From: Pocillopora damicornis
Taxonomy: Eukaryota
NCBI RefSeq assembly: GCF_003704095.1
Contig: NW_020845351.1
Location: 124,001 to 187,919, forward strand
DNA: 63,919 nucleotides
Direction: 5' to 3'
Below are positions 13,614 to 25,843 of the stretch, piece by piece (positions within the stretch are counted from its first letter, which is position 1; the number at the start of each line of letters is the position of its first letter). The notes under the pieces were generated by a model. The model was given only the letters and a program-made list of their open reading frames with translations. It did no database searches and had not been told where the DNA came from. A program made the position numbers and the translations under genes.

Positions 13614-16600
13614 CTTTTCGGCTCTCTTTTCGACCTTAAGACTTCTCTTGTGACGGTAAGCAGAGGAGAATGAGAGTTAGCGCCGTAATTGAGCACTTTA
13701 TGTCAATGTGATGTCGGAATCTACTTTACGATATTGTTTGTGGGTTTTGTATTGGCTAAAAGTAAGCTAACTCTATAACGACCAGAAATAAACACTCACA
13801 CCGGTGGCGTAACAGGAAAGCAAGAATTGCCCCGTCACGACCTTAGCGTGATAAATCTAGAAACAATTGTTCCTTTGTATGACCGCAAAGGAAAAACGTC
13901 GAAAATGCCGCATGAAAGGATGGTAAACGATCGAGTCCGAAATTAACGAAACTCTTGTGAACTTTCATAAATCTAATATAAATTACGAACGTAAGGGGGA
14001 ACTCAAGATAGACAAATAAAACAAACACTCTTAAAGTAAAATTCTCAATTCATTTCATTGAACCCTAATTGTCAACTTCACAATATCAGTTGAAAAATAA
14101 CAAATACATGAAGAGAGAGGTGTAAGAGCATGACAGAAACCGGAAACCTTGTTGAAGTTTGCTAATACTGAATAATCGCCAACGCAGAGTGTTGCGGTGT
14201 AGCCTACACGGTGGTTTAGCAGGGAAAACAAGTTAGCGTTACGAAATAGCTGATCATAAGTGAAAATATAAAATTTACGTTAGAGCCACATAACAGAAAA
14301 ACTCATGACCACTTGTAACTCTCCGTGTAAATATTAGCAGGTTGAAAATTAGAGGTCTGTATCAAGGTTAATTGCAAACAAACCCTTTAATTCTAGATAG
14401 TGCTAATCTGCTTATGTTTTAGGCTGATGGAGATGCAATATACTTTGACACGTAAGGTTTACAGAGATCCTGCAAACTTCTCAAGACCTGCTGAAATTTG
14501 GTCTTTGACTGATCATGATTTGCTCCGAAAATATCTGAGTTACTTATACAAAAATTTCGTCATTACTCGCATATTAGTGTTCTACTGAGAGTTTTGTTGT
14601 TTAATTGAGTTATTTTATTGATTTGCGAATAAACAAAAGTTGGCTGGCGTCGTAATATTGCTCGTAAGCTATTTCAATACACGTTTATTGAGCGAAAATT
14701 CCTCAAAAACATTATCTTTTTTTGTTAGGCTAGTTATGATGAATAAAATTAAAGAAACAATGCTAAAATGAAGCACAATCCTCCATTTTCTACCGTAAGC
14801 AAAACCGGAGAGATATTATTTCTATTCAACTGCAAAATGGACCTCATTTGAGTAATTCATTAAAAGCAACCCAATCTTCCCTGTGTGTTTTGTGTACCAA
14901 AACGTTTTACATTTTCTTGCATCCGTGATTTCTCTGGTCCATAAAAATGAATAATTTTGGGTAGGAGAAATGCTTATTTCAATTTTAAGTTAATATGAAA
15001 AATCATGGTAACTATCCCGAGATTCGCAGAGAATTCTACGAGCAAATAGAAAATTAGGGAGCCGTTGTTTTCACTTAGATGTAATATTTCCAACGTTCCC
15101 TGATTAAAAGCGATGTTGATTTATTGTTTGTGAAGTCAAATTAAAATAACAGCATAATCTCAAATGCTAACAAGAACTATTCGATACTTCAAAAACTTCT
15201 CTTTCAGTTACGACTTGAATTCGAAATGAAAAATTATTTTATTTCAGTTCCTATTGGTATTTCCACCGAAAATATTTTTATCCGCAGAGAAAGATAGAAA
15301 TTCCTTTTGAAGCTAATGATGCATGTTCCAAGTAAAAAAGTGATTTTACAATAAACACCAAGGGAGGCTAACAGAAGGTTTTTACGACACGATGTCAACA
15401 TGCCCAAAATTCCTCGATAGTTCCTTTAACCTTATTAGAAGTGTCTTCCTTCTTAGATCTTTCATAAATATAACCAGACGCGAGGAAAGATAAGAAAGCA
15501 ACAATTGCTCCGTGACGGCATTGTTGTGAGTGAAGAGGGAAGGAAGCTTATTGGTGGCAAAGGAAGGAAGTTCAGAATGCTAGTGCAAAATTTATTCACC
15601 TCCTAGCGTTACAAAGCGGCTGATAGTTTGCCAATCCACCCTGATCCGTTTGGTAGAAATTTAGTTGCTTCAGATCTTCAACTTCAACTTCTTTCCAGTA
15701 GAAAGAAAGATAGTAGCCACACAGTTCATAGAAGAGTAATTGAATCATCATTCGCTCGTAGAAATACGACTACAACAACTATGCGAAATTAAGAGGCTCT
15801 ATTACTAGGCAAGGGATGACAAAAATTGTATAATCTATAAATTTTTTATTCATAATAACTGAAAACCGCACAGAAATACAATGACCGAGCAATTACCAAA
15901 ACCGGAAAACCAAAAACCCAATTTTCAATGCACCTTTATGGAGGGAACAGTTCTTACCAACATGGGCTAAGCTGAATTTGAACAAAAAACAAGGCGAAAT
16001 GAAACATAATTACCTTTTATCTTAGAAGAAGAAAAATTATTTTTTTCCAAAAGCTATTAAATCAGTGGTAGATTATTGAAAGAACCTTCTTCGACCTGCG
16101 CATTTCAAAAAACCTTTTGACTATGTGTAATATGTTTTCAAGAAAAATTATAAGATTAGCCTAAATGGACCATAGAAAAGAATTTATTCGAGCCAAATAA
16201 TATGAAACATTTACTCTCATCTTGTTTTAATTTTTCAAACTGTCACGCCGCTTAAAAGAGACAATTATTAGGTGATATCTTTTTTTTCAGTTTTTTTTTC
16301 TGAAAGGTTTTGTTCACCGAGATAACTAAACAAAGCTGAGGTAATACGCTTACAAAAAAGAAAGATTTATTTTAAGATAAACACTATTGGAGTCTGACTT
16401 TACGAAAAGACAGTAACTGATAAAGTCACGTTCATATTCTGTTAGCAAAGATAATAAAAATCAAGATAACCTCACTTATGTTCCCTTTTCTCACGATTTC
16501 ACCTTGCTTACGATCATATTAAAGTTATTGCACACAGGAGCGAAAAGTTATGTTACGTTAATTCCTCAAAAAAATAATAATAACAAAAGAAGGAAAGAAA

Positions 16601-18289
16601 GAAAAATACCCGCGTCAAGAAAGAAATGAAATAAGTTTTTGGAAGTAGTAAAATAAATGCTCTTGCCCCATGTTTCTCGGCATTAATTTTTTTTTTAAGA
16701 GTAGCGAGGGCTCTGGAACGGACCCTTGAACTCCTTGCCTTATCAGATGTATTAAATTTTTCATGGACGCCTAAACCAATGCCTGAATGATTATTATTTA
16801 ACTTAGGTAAAGTTAGGTTAATCTTTTGATTACTCGTACTTGTTCGACAACAAACCCACCCGAAAACTTACATTAAACTCAACCCAGTGTCTTCGATATA
16901 AGTCAGCGATTGGAACAGTCATATGTCCCTCCGTGGTCTCGTTTATCAGTCAAGTTACATAACTTATGGAAATCAGAGACGCTATAAATAACTCTCTACA
17001 CTTTGTCTTGCATCTAATGTTCAAAGTTTACCGATTACGTTGAAGTTTGCTGATTACAGCAAAATGAGTGTTGCGGTGAGGACAATATCAACCATTTTCT
17101 TATGTTTTCACCATATTTTGACGTCCTCTTTAATCTAAAGCTGAAAGAGAAAAAAAATGGATCTGCATTGTTAAAACAATAATGGTAAATATGCATGGTA
17201 ATACTGGACTACTAAGACTTTTTCCTGTTTAAGAATTTTCTTGAAGTGGCCAAAAGTTTGTTCGTCTCGGTCAACTCTTACTACGAAATGAAAAACTGGA
17301 GTTAAACTTGCTAAGGCCTCTGCTGAGCAATTGTTTTCAGAAATATTAGTCGTGCATGCGGGACTAGACTCACAAAGAAAACAATTGTGAAACATGCGTA
17401 ACACACGTGAGCTTCAAATGGCTGGATATTGGCCAAGTGACGTGCTGTGTATCGCCAAACAAAACCCCAAGAAGAACGAAACCAATATCCAGGGATCTTG
17501 AGCGAGTAATAATGGTTATCGAAAATACTCTTTTTGTCTTTTTGTTTGTGTTTGTTTCTTTGGTTGTCTGTTTGTTATTTTAGTGGATGGAAGTGGGTTT
17601 CTGGCGCATTGTTTGATATTGGAGTGGCGGCAGATTCATGAAAATCCTTTTCGACGTGCTTAGTCTCATTTATGAAATCATTATGGTTTTTTTTTTTGTT
17701 TTCTCGTCTGTCATAATCAATGTTACCGCAAAGCCATCATGCATGAACAATTTACCCAGACCTCTTGATGAAACAGGGCGTATGAATCACTCAGTTCAGC
17801 TTAGGAAGGTCGCTCGAAAGTCCAACTTCAAAGCTTTGTCTGATAAATTAGTGGAGCACCTAGTATTTTTGATATGGACTGTGGACAAAACGAAGCTGCC
17901 ATGGCAGCTTATGCATGTTGCCGGATTCAGTCTAATTGCAAACTTGCTAATCAAGATGGCTCAAAATGGTTTCCCTGTTTTTAAACATCAGTTCCTCGAA
18001 TGATTAGTCGATACTACCACGACTTTATTTTTTCACTTAACAATGCTGTCCAAAAAATGTCCAGTTATTTTACAAAATGTGTAATAATGTCTATATCGTA
18101 AGAGGTTACCAAAGCCTCCAAGCAGCCTTCTAATCTTAGCTTTATGTCCCTGTTACTCGAAAACGAGTTCGGTAACCTCTAAAAACTGTACAAGCGATTC
18201 GGAACCGCTTCAATTATAAAAATTTAAGGTGGCTCTCAACAAATGTTTTAAATCTTGCATTTACATAAATCTTGTAAGGAAACGAAATA

Positions 18290-18780
18290 AACAATAAAGA
18301 GGGTAGGTTTCTAAAGAAACGGTGGTGCTGCGTCGGTAGGAGAGCATAATAAAATAATTTGGTTTTATCGATTGATAAGTGTAATTGGCGCAAAGAGTGT
18401 ATAGGCTGACGATTCGAGCGTCAGCCCTTCGTCACGGTGTTTATTGTTTGCTTATTGGTGGGAATATGGTGACGATACAAACAACAATAAATCAGTTGAA
18501 TGAAAAATATTTGTTACTAAAAAAATGTTTGTTAATACCGTAGGGATAAAAAGTGCCGATTTGAAAGATAATTTTGCGGCTTTCCGAACTGCCTGGATAA
18601 GAAAGACTACCGAGTGCTGCTTAGAATGATCAGGGAGATTCAAGTGTTCAGCAACTGGTTTCAGTGGATGCGTCCTTGGCACCTTTACCAATGTTATCTA
18701 TTGCATAACTTGCACGTATTGCAAAAGATGATTGGTGAAGAAGGAAGACGACTGCATATAGGTGACCAATTCCGATAAAA
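18290..18780. mobile_element. Rearranged Penelope-like remnant
   Basis: NVIYCITCTYCK on + at about 18690, KPVAEHLNLPDHS on - at about 18620-18662, and a degenerate hammerhead at about 18405-18436 (-). Confidence 0.7.
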
Positions 18781-20337
18781 CGACATTGTTAGAAACTTGC
18801 CCTTGATTATTCTCTAGATCAGTTGCATAACGCCTCCAGTCCTGTTTTGAATAGCTACCCCGTATGGCTATGTAAGGTTTTTCTTCCTTATGAGGTCGAC
18901 CTTAATTTTCTTATTGTTGGTGTTGTTGTCGTCGATAATATTACCAGATGTGCGGGGCATTTTTATGCATCCGTAACCCTAAACATATAACCCCATCTTC
19001 CTCATAAAAGCTGCCTTTGTACAATGGCCTCTTTCCTTTGTTGCCGAAGCCAAAGTCTAGGGGATTTTGCACAGTATCTTTGCAGGGCAACACTTAGATA
19101 ACTAAAATGATGTGTTTGAGATTAAGTGGTTGTAATACCAGGGTACGGTTCTTGGTGGAAGGGGAATTTTCGCTCCGTCGCTTGTTTGTTTTGAAACGAC
19201 AGTATTTTCAACCGTATTCGAAAGGTTCAGATTGAGTGTATCCCTTGGTTTAAAGAAGATTTGACGATGAGGGGAAGCTTTTGAGCGATAGATTACCGTA
19301 GTAACGGAATGATTACTGCGTTTTAATTTCACATTTCCACGTCAGTTGTTCCTTTTTTAGTTTCTTCGTTTTCCAGTGCTTGCAAATAACGTAATTGAAT
19401 GGATAGTAGATAGAGATCCTAATCGCGGGTGGATAACGATTTTACCTTAGACTGTTGATAACATTCCTCGCGCGCGAGAGGGAGCGAAAGAACACGAGAA
19501 GATAAATCCCTATCGATATGCAGACATGAAATGTATATGTATTATATAGGGCCCTTCTAACAAAATAACAAAAGGGCAATGTCGGCTATGATAACTTTAT
19601 TATCTTAGCCTTTGCGAAACAGGAGTAATTTCGGTATTCCATTGATATCAGTTTGATATTAGTTAAGATCGAAACTCGTAGCTTCTGAATGGCAAACGAG
19701 AAATTATAATGTTGTATGTACCCTTGAAGGCGATTAACTTAAGAGAGCACTTAAAATGCTTAATCAACGGCTTGACAAAGTCTACTTGAAAATCTAGTAA
19801 ATAGTTAAATTTAATCGATCTTATCATAGGAAATTTCTGCAATTTTATGTAGTAAAACACCATCGTCGCTCTTTTTCACAAGAACCGTTTTATAACCATA
19901 TATGAAAGGTCCAGTGTCCTTCATTTTGTTAAATGTCAAAAAGTATGTTAGTCATGTAGAATCTTGCTTAGTCGTATATCGACTAAGGCTAACTCTCGAG
20001 AGTCGTGCCGGCTTAGTACATGTTTTCTCATGGAGGGTTAGATATTTACAGGTCATGCTTATGAGCTTTTTGCCATGACTATCAGACCGTCTATAAGTAT
20101 ATCAGTTAAAATCACTTTGAAAGTGGCATGGGTTTAAAATGAAAACAGTCTTCTTGCACAAATAGAGAATAACTGTAGTCTTAAAACAATTATTTTTTAC
20201 CTAAAATTATGAGCGAGCTGAGCAAATTGTCGACTCCCAGAGGTCTTATTAAATGGCCACTAAAGTAGAGGCGTTACAGTGCTAATATAGGAGCTGATAT
20301 TATTGCCGCGCAAATTATTATTTGTTTACATGCTGCA

Positions 20338-23300
20338 TTATTTGTCATNNNNNNNNNNNNNNNNNNNNNNNNNNNNNNNNNNNNNNNNNNNNNNNNNNNN
20401 NNNNNNNNNNNNNNNNNNNNNNNNNNNNNNNNNNNNNNNNNNNNNNNNNNNNNNNNNNNNNNNNNNNNNNNNNNNNNNNNNNNCATCGTCATCGTCTTCG
20501 TCGCCGTTATCGTCATCGCCATCGTTATCGCCATCGTCGTCGTCATCGTCATCGTCATCGTCGCCGTTATCGTCATCGTCGCCGTTATCGTCATCGTCGC
20601 CGTTATCGTCATTGCCATCGTTATCGCCATCGTCATCGCCATCGCCATCGTTATCGCCATCGTCATCGCCATCGTTATCGCCATCGTCATTGCCATCGTT
20701 ATCGCCATCGTCATCGCCATCGCCATCGTCATCGCCATTGTCGTCGCCATCGTCATCGCCATCGTCATCGCCATTGTCGTCGCCGTCGCCATCGTCATCG
20801 CCGTCGCCATTGTCACTACCTTCGTCATCGTTATTGTCCTCGTCATCGTCGTCATTACTATCCTTATCTTCGTCTACTTCGTTATCATCTTCGTTTTCTT
20901 CACCATCATCGTCGTCAGTGCCATCTGTATCTCCGTCTTCTTTATCATCATCCTTGTCACTCTCGTTATCGTCGCCATTATCGTCATTATCATCGTCATC
21001 ATTGCTGTCGTCATTGCCATTGCCCCCATCATCCTCACCACCTTTGTCTCCACCGTTATCATCGCCTTCATTGCCATCCGTGCCATCGCTGTCGTTATCT
21101 TCGTCGCCTTTGTCGTTATCACCCTCCTCGTCGTCACCATTTCCTTCTTCTCTTTTATCGTCATTATCATCGCCATTGTCGTTATCATTGTCGCTTCCGT
21201 TATCATCGCTTCCATTATTATCGTCATCTTCATCACCATCGCTGCCATCAGTGTCGTTATCTTCGTCGCCTTTGTCGTCGTCACCCTCCTTGTCGTTACC
21301 ATCCTCTTCTTCTTCTTTTTCATTGTCATCACCTTCGTCATCGTTATCGTTATCTTTGTCATTATTGCCCCCTTCGTCTTTATCACTGTCATTTTCACCG
21401 TCATCCTCATCACCATCATCACCGCCATTTTCATCTGTGTTGTCCTCCACACTGCCATCTCCACTTTCATCTCCATCTTCATCACCATCTTCATCTCCAT
21501 CTTCATCTCCGCTTTCATCTCCACTGTCATCTCCGCTGAAATCTCCGCTATCCTCGCCGCTTTCATCTCCTCTATCATCTCCACTTTCTTCTCCACTTTC
21601 TTCTTCCCTGTCATCTCCACTGTCATCTCCGCTGCTCTCGCCGCTTTCATCTCCACTGTCATCTCCACTATCATCTCCACTGTTATCTCCACTTTCTTCT
21701 CCACTTTCTTCTTCCCCGTCATCTCCACTGTCATCTCCGCTATCCTCACCGCTTTCATCTCCACTATCATCTCCACTTTCTTCTTTCCCGTCATCTCCAC
21801 TGTCATCTCCGCTATCCTCACCGCTTTCATCTCCACTATCATCTCCACTTTCTTCTCCACTTTCTTCTTCCCCGTCATCTCCACTGTCATCTCCGCTATC
21901 CTCACCGCTTTCATCTCCACTATCATCTCCACTTTCTTCTCCACTTTCTTCTTCCCCGTCATCTCCAATGTCATCTCCGCTATCCTCACCGCTTTCATCT
22001 CCACTGTCATCTCCACTTTCTGCTCCACTTTCTTCTTCCCTGTCATCTCCACTGTCATCTCCGCTATCCTCGCCGCTTTCATCTCCACTGTCATCTCCAC
22101 TATCATCTCCACTGTTATCTCCTCCGTCATCTCCACTGTCATCTCCGCTATCCTCACCGCTTTCATCTCCACTGTCATCTCCACTTTCTTCTCCACTTTC
22201 TTCTTCCCTGTCATCTCCGCTATCCTCACCGCTTTCATCTCCACTGTCATCTCCACTTTCTCTGTTTTCTCTCATGTCACCAACAATGTCGTCTCCAGCA
22301 TCTTGATCGCATTCATCAACGTCACTTTCCTCTTCTAAAAAGTAAAAAGAAATTTACAACGGCTTTAACTTGTAACAGCAATGAACACCGTCAATTGGTA
22401 ACAATTTTGCATGTGGTTTTAAATCAAAAGAGGACATGAATTGCTGTTATCTAATTAAAAATTCAATTTCTCAAAATCTTGCAGATATTGGCTCTACTCA
22501 ACCGTTCCATCATTAGCCTGAGTGAAATATATCGACATAAACAAGAAAGAACTTAAAATTTACTACACGTTTAAAACTCAGTAAACAAGGAATGCTCACG
22601 TGTTCACTTAGTGGTGAATTAATTGGGTTTCGCTATTTATGAATAATAAACCATTGCAACACATTAGACTGGCTTTTGAATGCTCCAATGGTTTTAAAAA
22701 CGTTATTCGCAAATAATCGCTTGACATTTTCAGATATGAACATATAACAATTAAAAATGTCCCTACTCAAGAACAAAACTACAGAAAGGAGGGCTAGTAG
22801 TCGGTGTATGTACTCCAGATTGAAAGGTTACGGATCGAGCCAAGGTCCACTAAGGGATATCATTGGGAAACTGTTGATAATCGCAGTGTCTCTCCCCGCC
22901 TGAAGGTATAAGAGAGAGCCACGTACAAAAAAATTTCCATCCCTGAATAAGCAGTAAGATAGGTCAGAAGCTTACAACCTAGAAGTGATTATGTATTTCC
23001 CGATAGCTGCTGGGAGAGCACGGGACTAGCTTATCACATTTCACTACCTAATATGGAGATGTTTATATTTAATGATTATTGAATACCTAAGAAATGAGAC
23101 TCATTCCCGCGATACTAATCGGGAATACGTTATGAAAGGTAACACATATATTTTGAAAAGGATACAAACTGTAAAGTTATAATTTGAAGCGCTGTTTAAT
23201 TCCTTAACGCTTGAGATTATTATGAATTAAAAACAGGTATTTCACTCTGCGAGCGGGTCAGAGCAGAGCTAAACAGCTTACTCGCCGCCAGCTACTGAAA

Positions 23301-25767
23301 TTCACCATTTTAGAGCTCTTTTAATGAATTTCTTAACCTAGTGGAGACGCAATCAACACTCAACACCGTTCATTTTGTAGCGAACAAGGACACAAACAAC
23401 TAACTTTCTTTTTAAATAGATAATATGAATACAGTTTCCTCGACAAAATTTGTGATTCTGCCTCAGTTTTTCAGGTAAGGTTGACACTGCCTCTTCGTAA
23501 TCAGCCCGAGTTTAAATGAAGAAAGCAGCCCTGAAGCTCTAATTCCATATTTGGGCAAAAATTGCACCCTAGCTTCTGATTGTTCGGTTTATAAACCCTA
23601 GCTTCTTGGTAAATAATATGGAGGAATCTATAAGCTTCTGGATCATAAGCTTCTGGATAGACATCCTGGGTTATCTGCACGACTACAGTTTGCTGATGAT
23701 GCACCTGGGTTTATTGCATAGGGGATGACTCCACGCGAGATCTTAGCAGATCACGAAAAATGCTTAGAAGAGACCAACCTATTACTGAAATTGTTAAATA
23801 TATGACGCCGTCCTTAATGGGTACAGTTATGATATCGGCTCTGTAAGCAGCGAATATTCGTGAAACTATCTCAATAGCAGCGATTTCTAGATATGTCAGT
23901 GCACAATTGGATCTTATAAAATATGGCTGTTCTTGTAAGGCAAGTGTCAAGTTTTCCTTTTAGAATCTAGAGTCATCTAATCAATTATATTGGTTTTCTG
24001 TGTTTCTCATTACCTTAAGGCCGAAGACCAAGTCACTTTTGACCATAGCCAGTATTTTTTTAGGATTTCTCGAGCGAATGTCAACGAGTGCAGGGTTAAG
24101 CTGGCTTTGATGTGCACTGGAGAAGAAATGAAAGACAAACGGTATAAACAAAGAAACTTCACTCGGCTGATGTTACACTATTCATAAAAAGTGTAACTCT
24201 GAAAAAGTTACTCCCCTATCATCCTTTCATTTCTTAATTCTTCTCGTAGTTATCACTATCGCTGCCATTTTTATTCTTACTTTCTTTATTATCTGTTAAG
24301 TGCAATATCAGACCCAACAACCGTAACTGACAATATAAGAGACTATTTAGGAAATCTATTATGTAACAACTTTTTGAAAAAGTTTCTAGTTTTTGTTTTG
24401 TTTTGTTTTTTTTTTTCAATTAACACTCACTAACGTACTCTCTTAATGTTTCCTTAATTTTCTCTTCTAATTTTCCCGGACTTAGATACAAAAGCGCTGC
24501 GTAAATTGCCTATGAAGCCTTTAGAGGAATGGGAAGGAAAAGATCTGTCACGAATATGTTTGAACGGACGAGCAATCATGTTTAAACCATGTTTAGATTT
24601 AGAGCTAAAATTTTATCGAACCCAGGCATGGCACACAACTCGAAACCATCCGAAATTTGAGGGAGTCACGATCAATACAAATCCCCATTGAAAGCGTTTC
24701 ATTCCATTTAAAATGGAAGACAACACTGGTAACCTAATGTACCAAAAATGAGCCGGTTTCCAAATTAGAGTTAATATGCTACAGTAAGCGCCATAGTAAG
24801 CACAAACAGAACTTTTCGAAAAATTAGAGAACGAGTAAGACGATCAAATTGAAAGTTTAAAAATTATCTTCTTCGCTGTTAGAGTTAATGCAGACTTAAA
24901 AGAGTATCTTATGGATCAAACAGCATTTATTAGAAGTCAACGAAAAATTATTTATAGCAAACCGTTAATTTTCAGTGTTTTTTTTTAATTATCATAAGCA
25001 GCTATGTTTTTCCATTGTTTGTTCGATACTGGTTTATTCTGATAGCAATGTTATATTTTGCAGCGTGGAAATCTACTGAAAACTACACCGTTCTTGCGGT
25101 AAAATTGTGGGGAAATAAATATCATGTGAATATAGCTGAACTTGACAAAATAACTGACTGCGTAGGCAGCTAAAAGATAATCGATACACGGAATTATAAA
25201 ATTTTACCCTTAATTGGGTGTATATTTCCCATTATACTTATTGAACATTTTCCTGTTCACATCTACCTCATAAATCAGTGAGAATCATCAAACACCGCGT
25301 TAATACTCATTTTGCCGAAACATGTATTGCAAGGTCGGTAACATAGAGTGATTATAACCTGGCTCATTTTTATTAGTTCTTCAATATGTGTCATGGTACT
25401 TAAGAACACAGAAATTGTTACCAAAATTTAGGATATGAAATTCATGATAAACTATATCTGACGAAGTAATAATGAATACGTTTAAAGAGAACTTAAGCCA
25501 TCAAAGAAACTCGAACAAGAAGACAGTTCAAATCCTACTGTGAACATACTTTCAGAAAATATTCACCTTCAACAAAATATTCCATTTGTAAGAACCACAG
25601 CCATTACAGTGCACGCAACGAATTTGACAGCAAATGCCATGAAATATTATTTGGTCAAAATATATTGTAAAGAATAAAATCTTACCTTCTGACTGCAGCA
25701 ATGGTAAACCCCAAATAGGAGTTAAAAGTGTCACAAGGCAAAAACAAATAACCAATTTCGAAGTCAT
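20338..25767 (-). CDS. Acidic gene C: ~692-aa secreted Asp/Glu/Ser/Gly repeat protein; exons 25767-25686 and 22334-20338
   Basis: Exon 1 MTSKLVICFCLVTLLTPIWGLPLLQSE ends G|GTAAGA. Acceptor ttttAG at 22336-22335 gives phase-1 EEESDVDECDQDAGDDIVGD, in frame with the acidic ORF 20338-22275. The length depends on a 135-N gap. Confidence 0.9.
20349..20483. other. Assembly gap (135 N) inside the gene C Asp-rich repeat
   Basis: Run of N. Confidence 1.
21500..22260 (-). repeat. Coding minisatellite: 12-nt (D/E)(D/E)SG units in ~81-nt higher-order repeats
   Basis: Repeated EESGEESGDDSGDESGEDSGDDSGDDG. Confidence 0.9.
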
Positions 25768-25836
25768 CTGTAGATGTTTGATACCCGTCGTTTCGCTTCT
25801 ATTCGGAAAATGGTGTCATCTGATAAACATAATAAC

Positions 25837-25843
25837 ATTTATA
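25837..25843 (-). promoter_or_regulatory. Putative TATA box of gene C
   Basis: TATAAAT about 70 nt upstream of the ATG. Confidence 0.5.

Noticed and set aside
20274-22306. Long Ser/Pro, Arg/His and Met/Thr/Val ORFs overlapping gene C
   Set aside because: These are shadow frames of the stop-poor GAT/GAC repeat. Only the D/E frame has a splice acceptor in phase with a signal exon.
23480-23950. Short ORFs with a PEAY duplication in the gene C intron
   Set aside because: No recognisable domain and no convincing in-phase splice sites.
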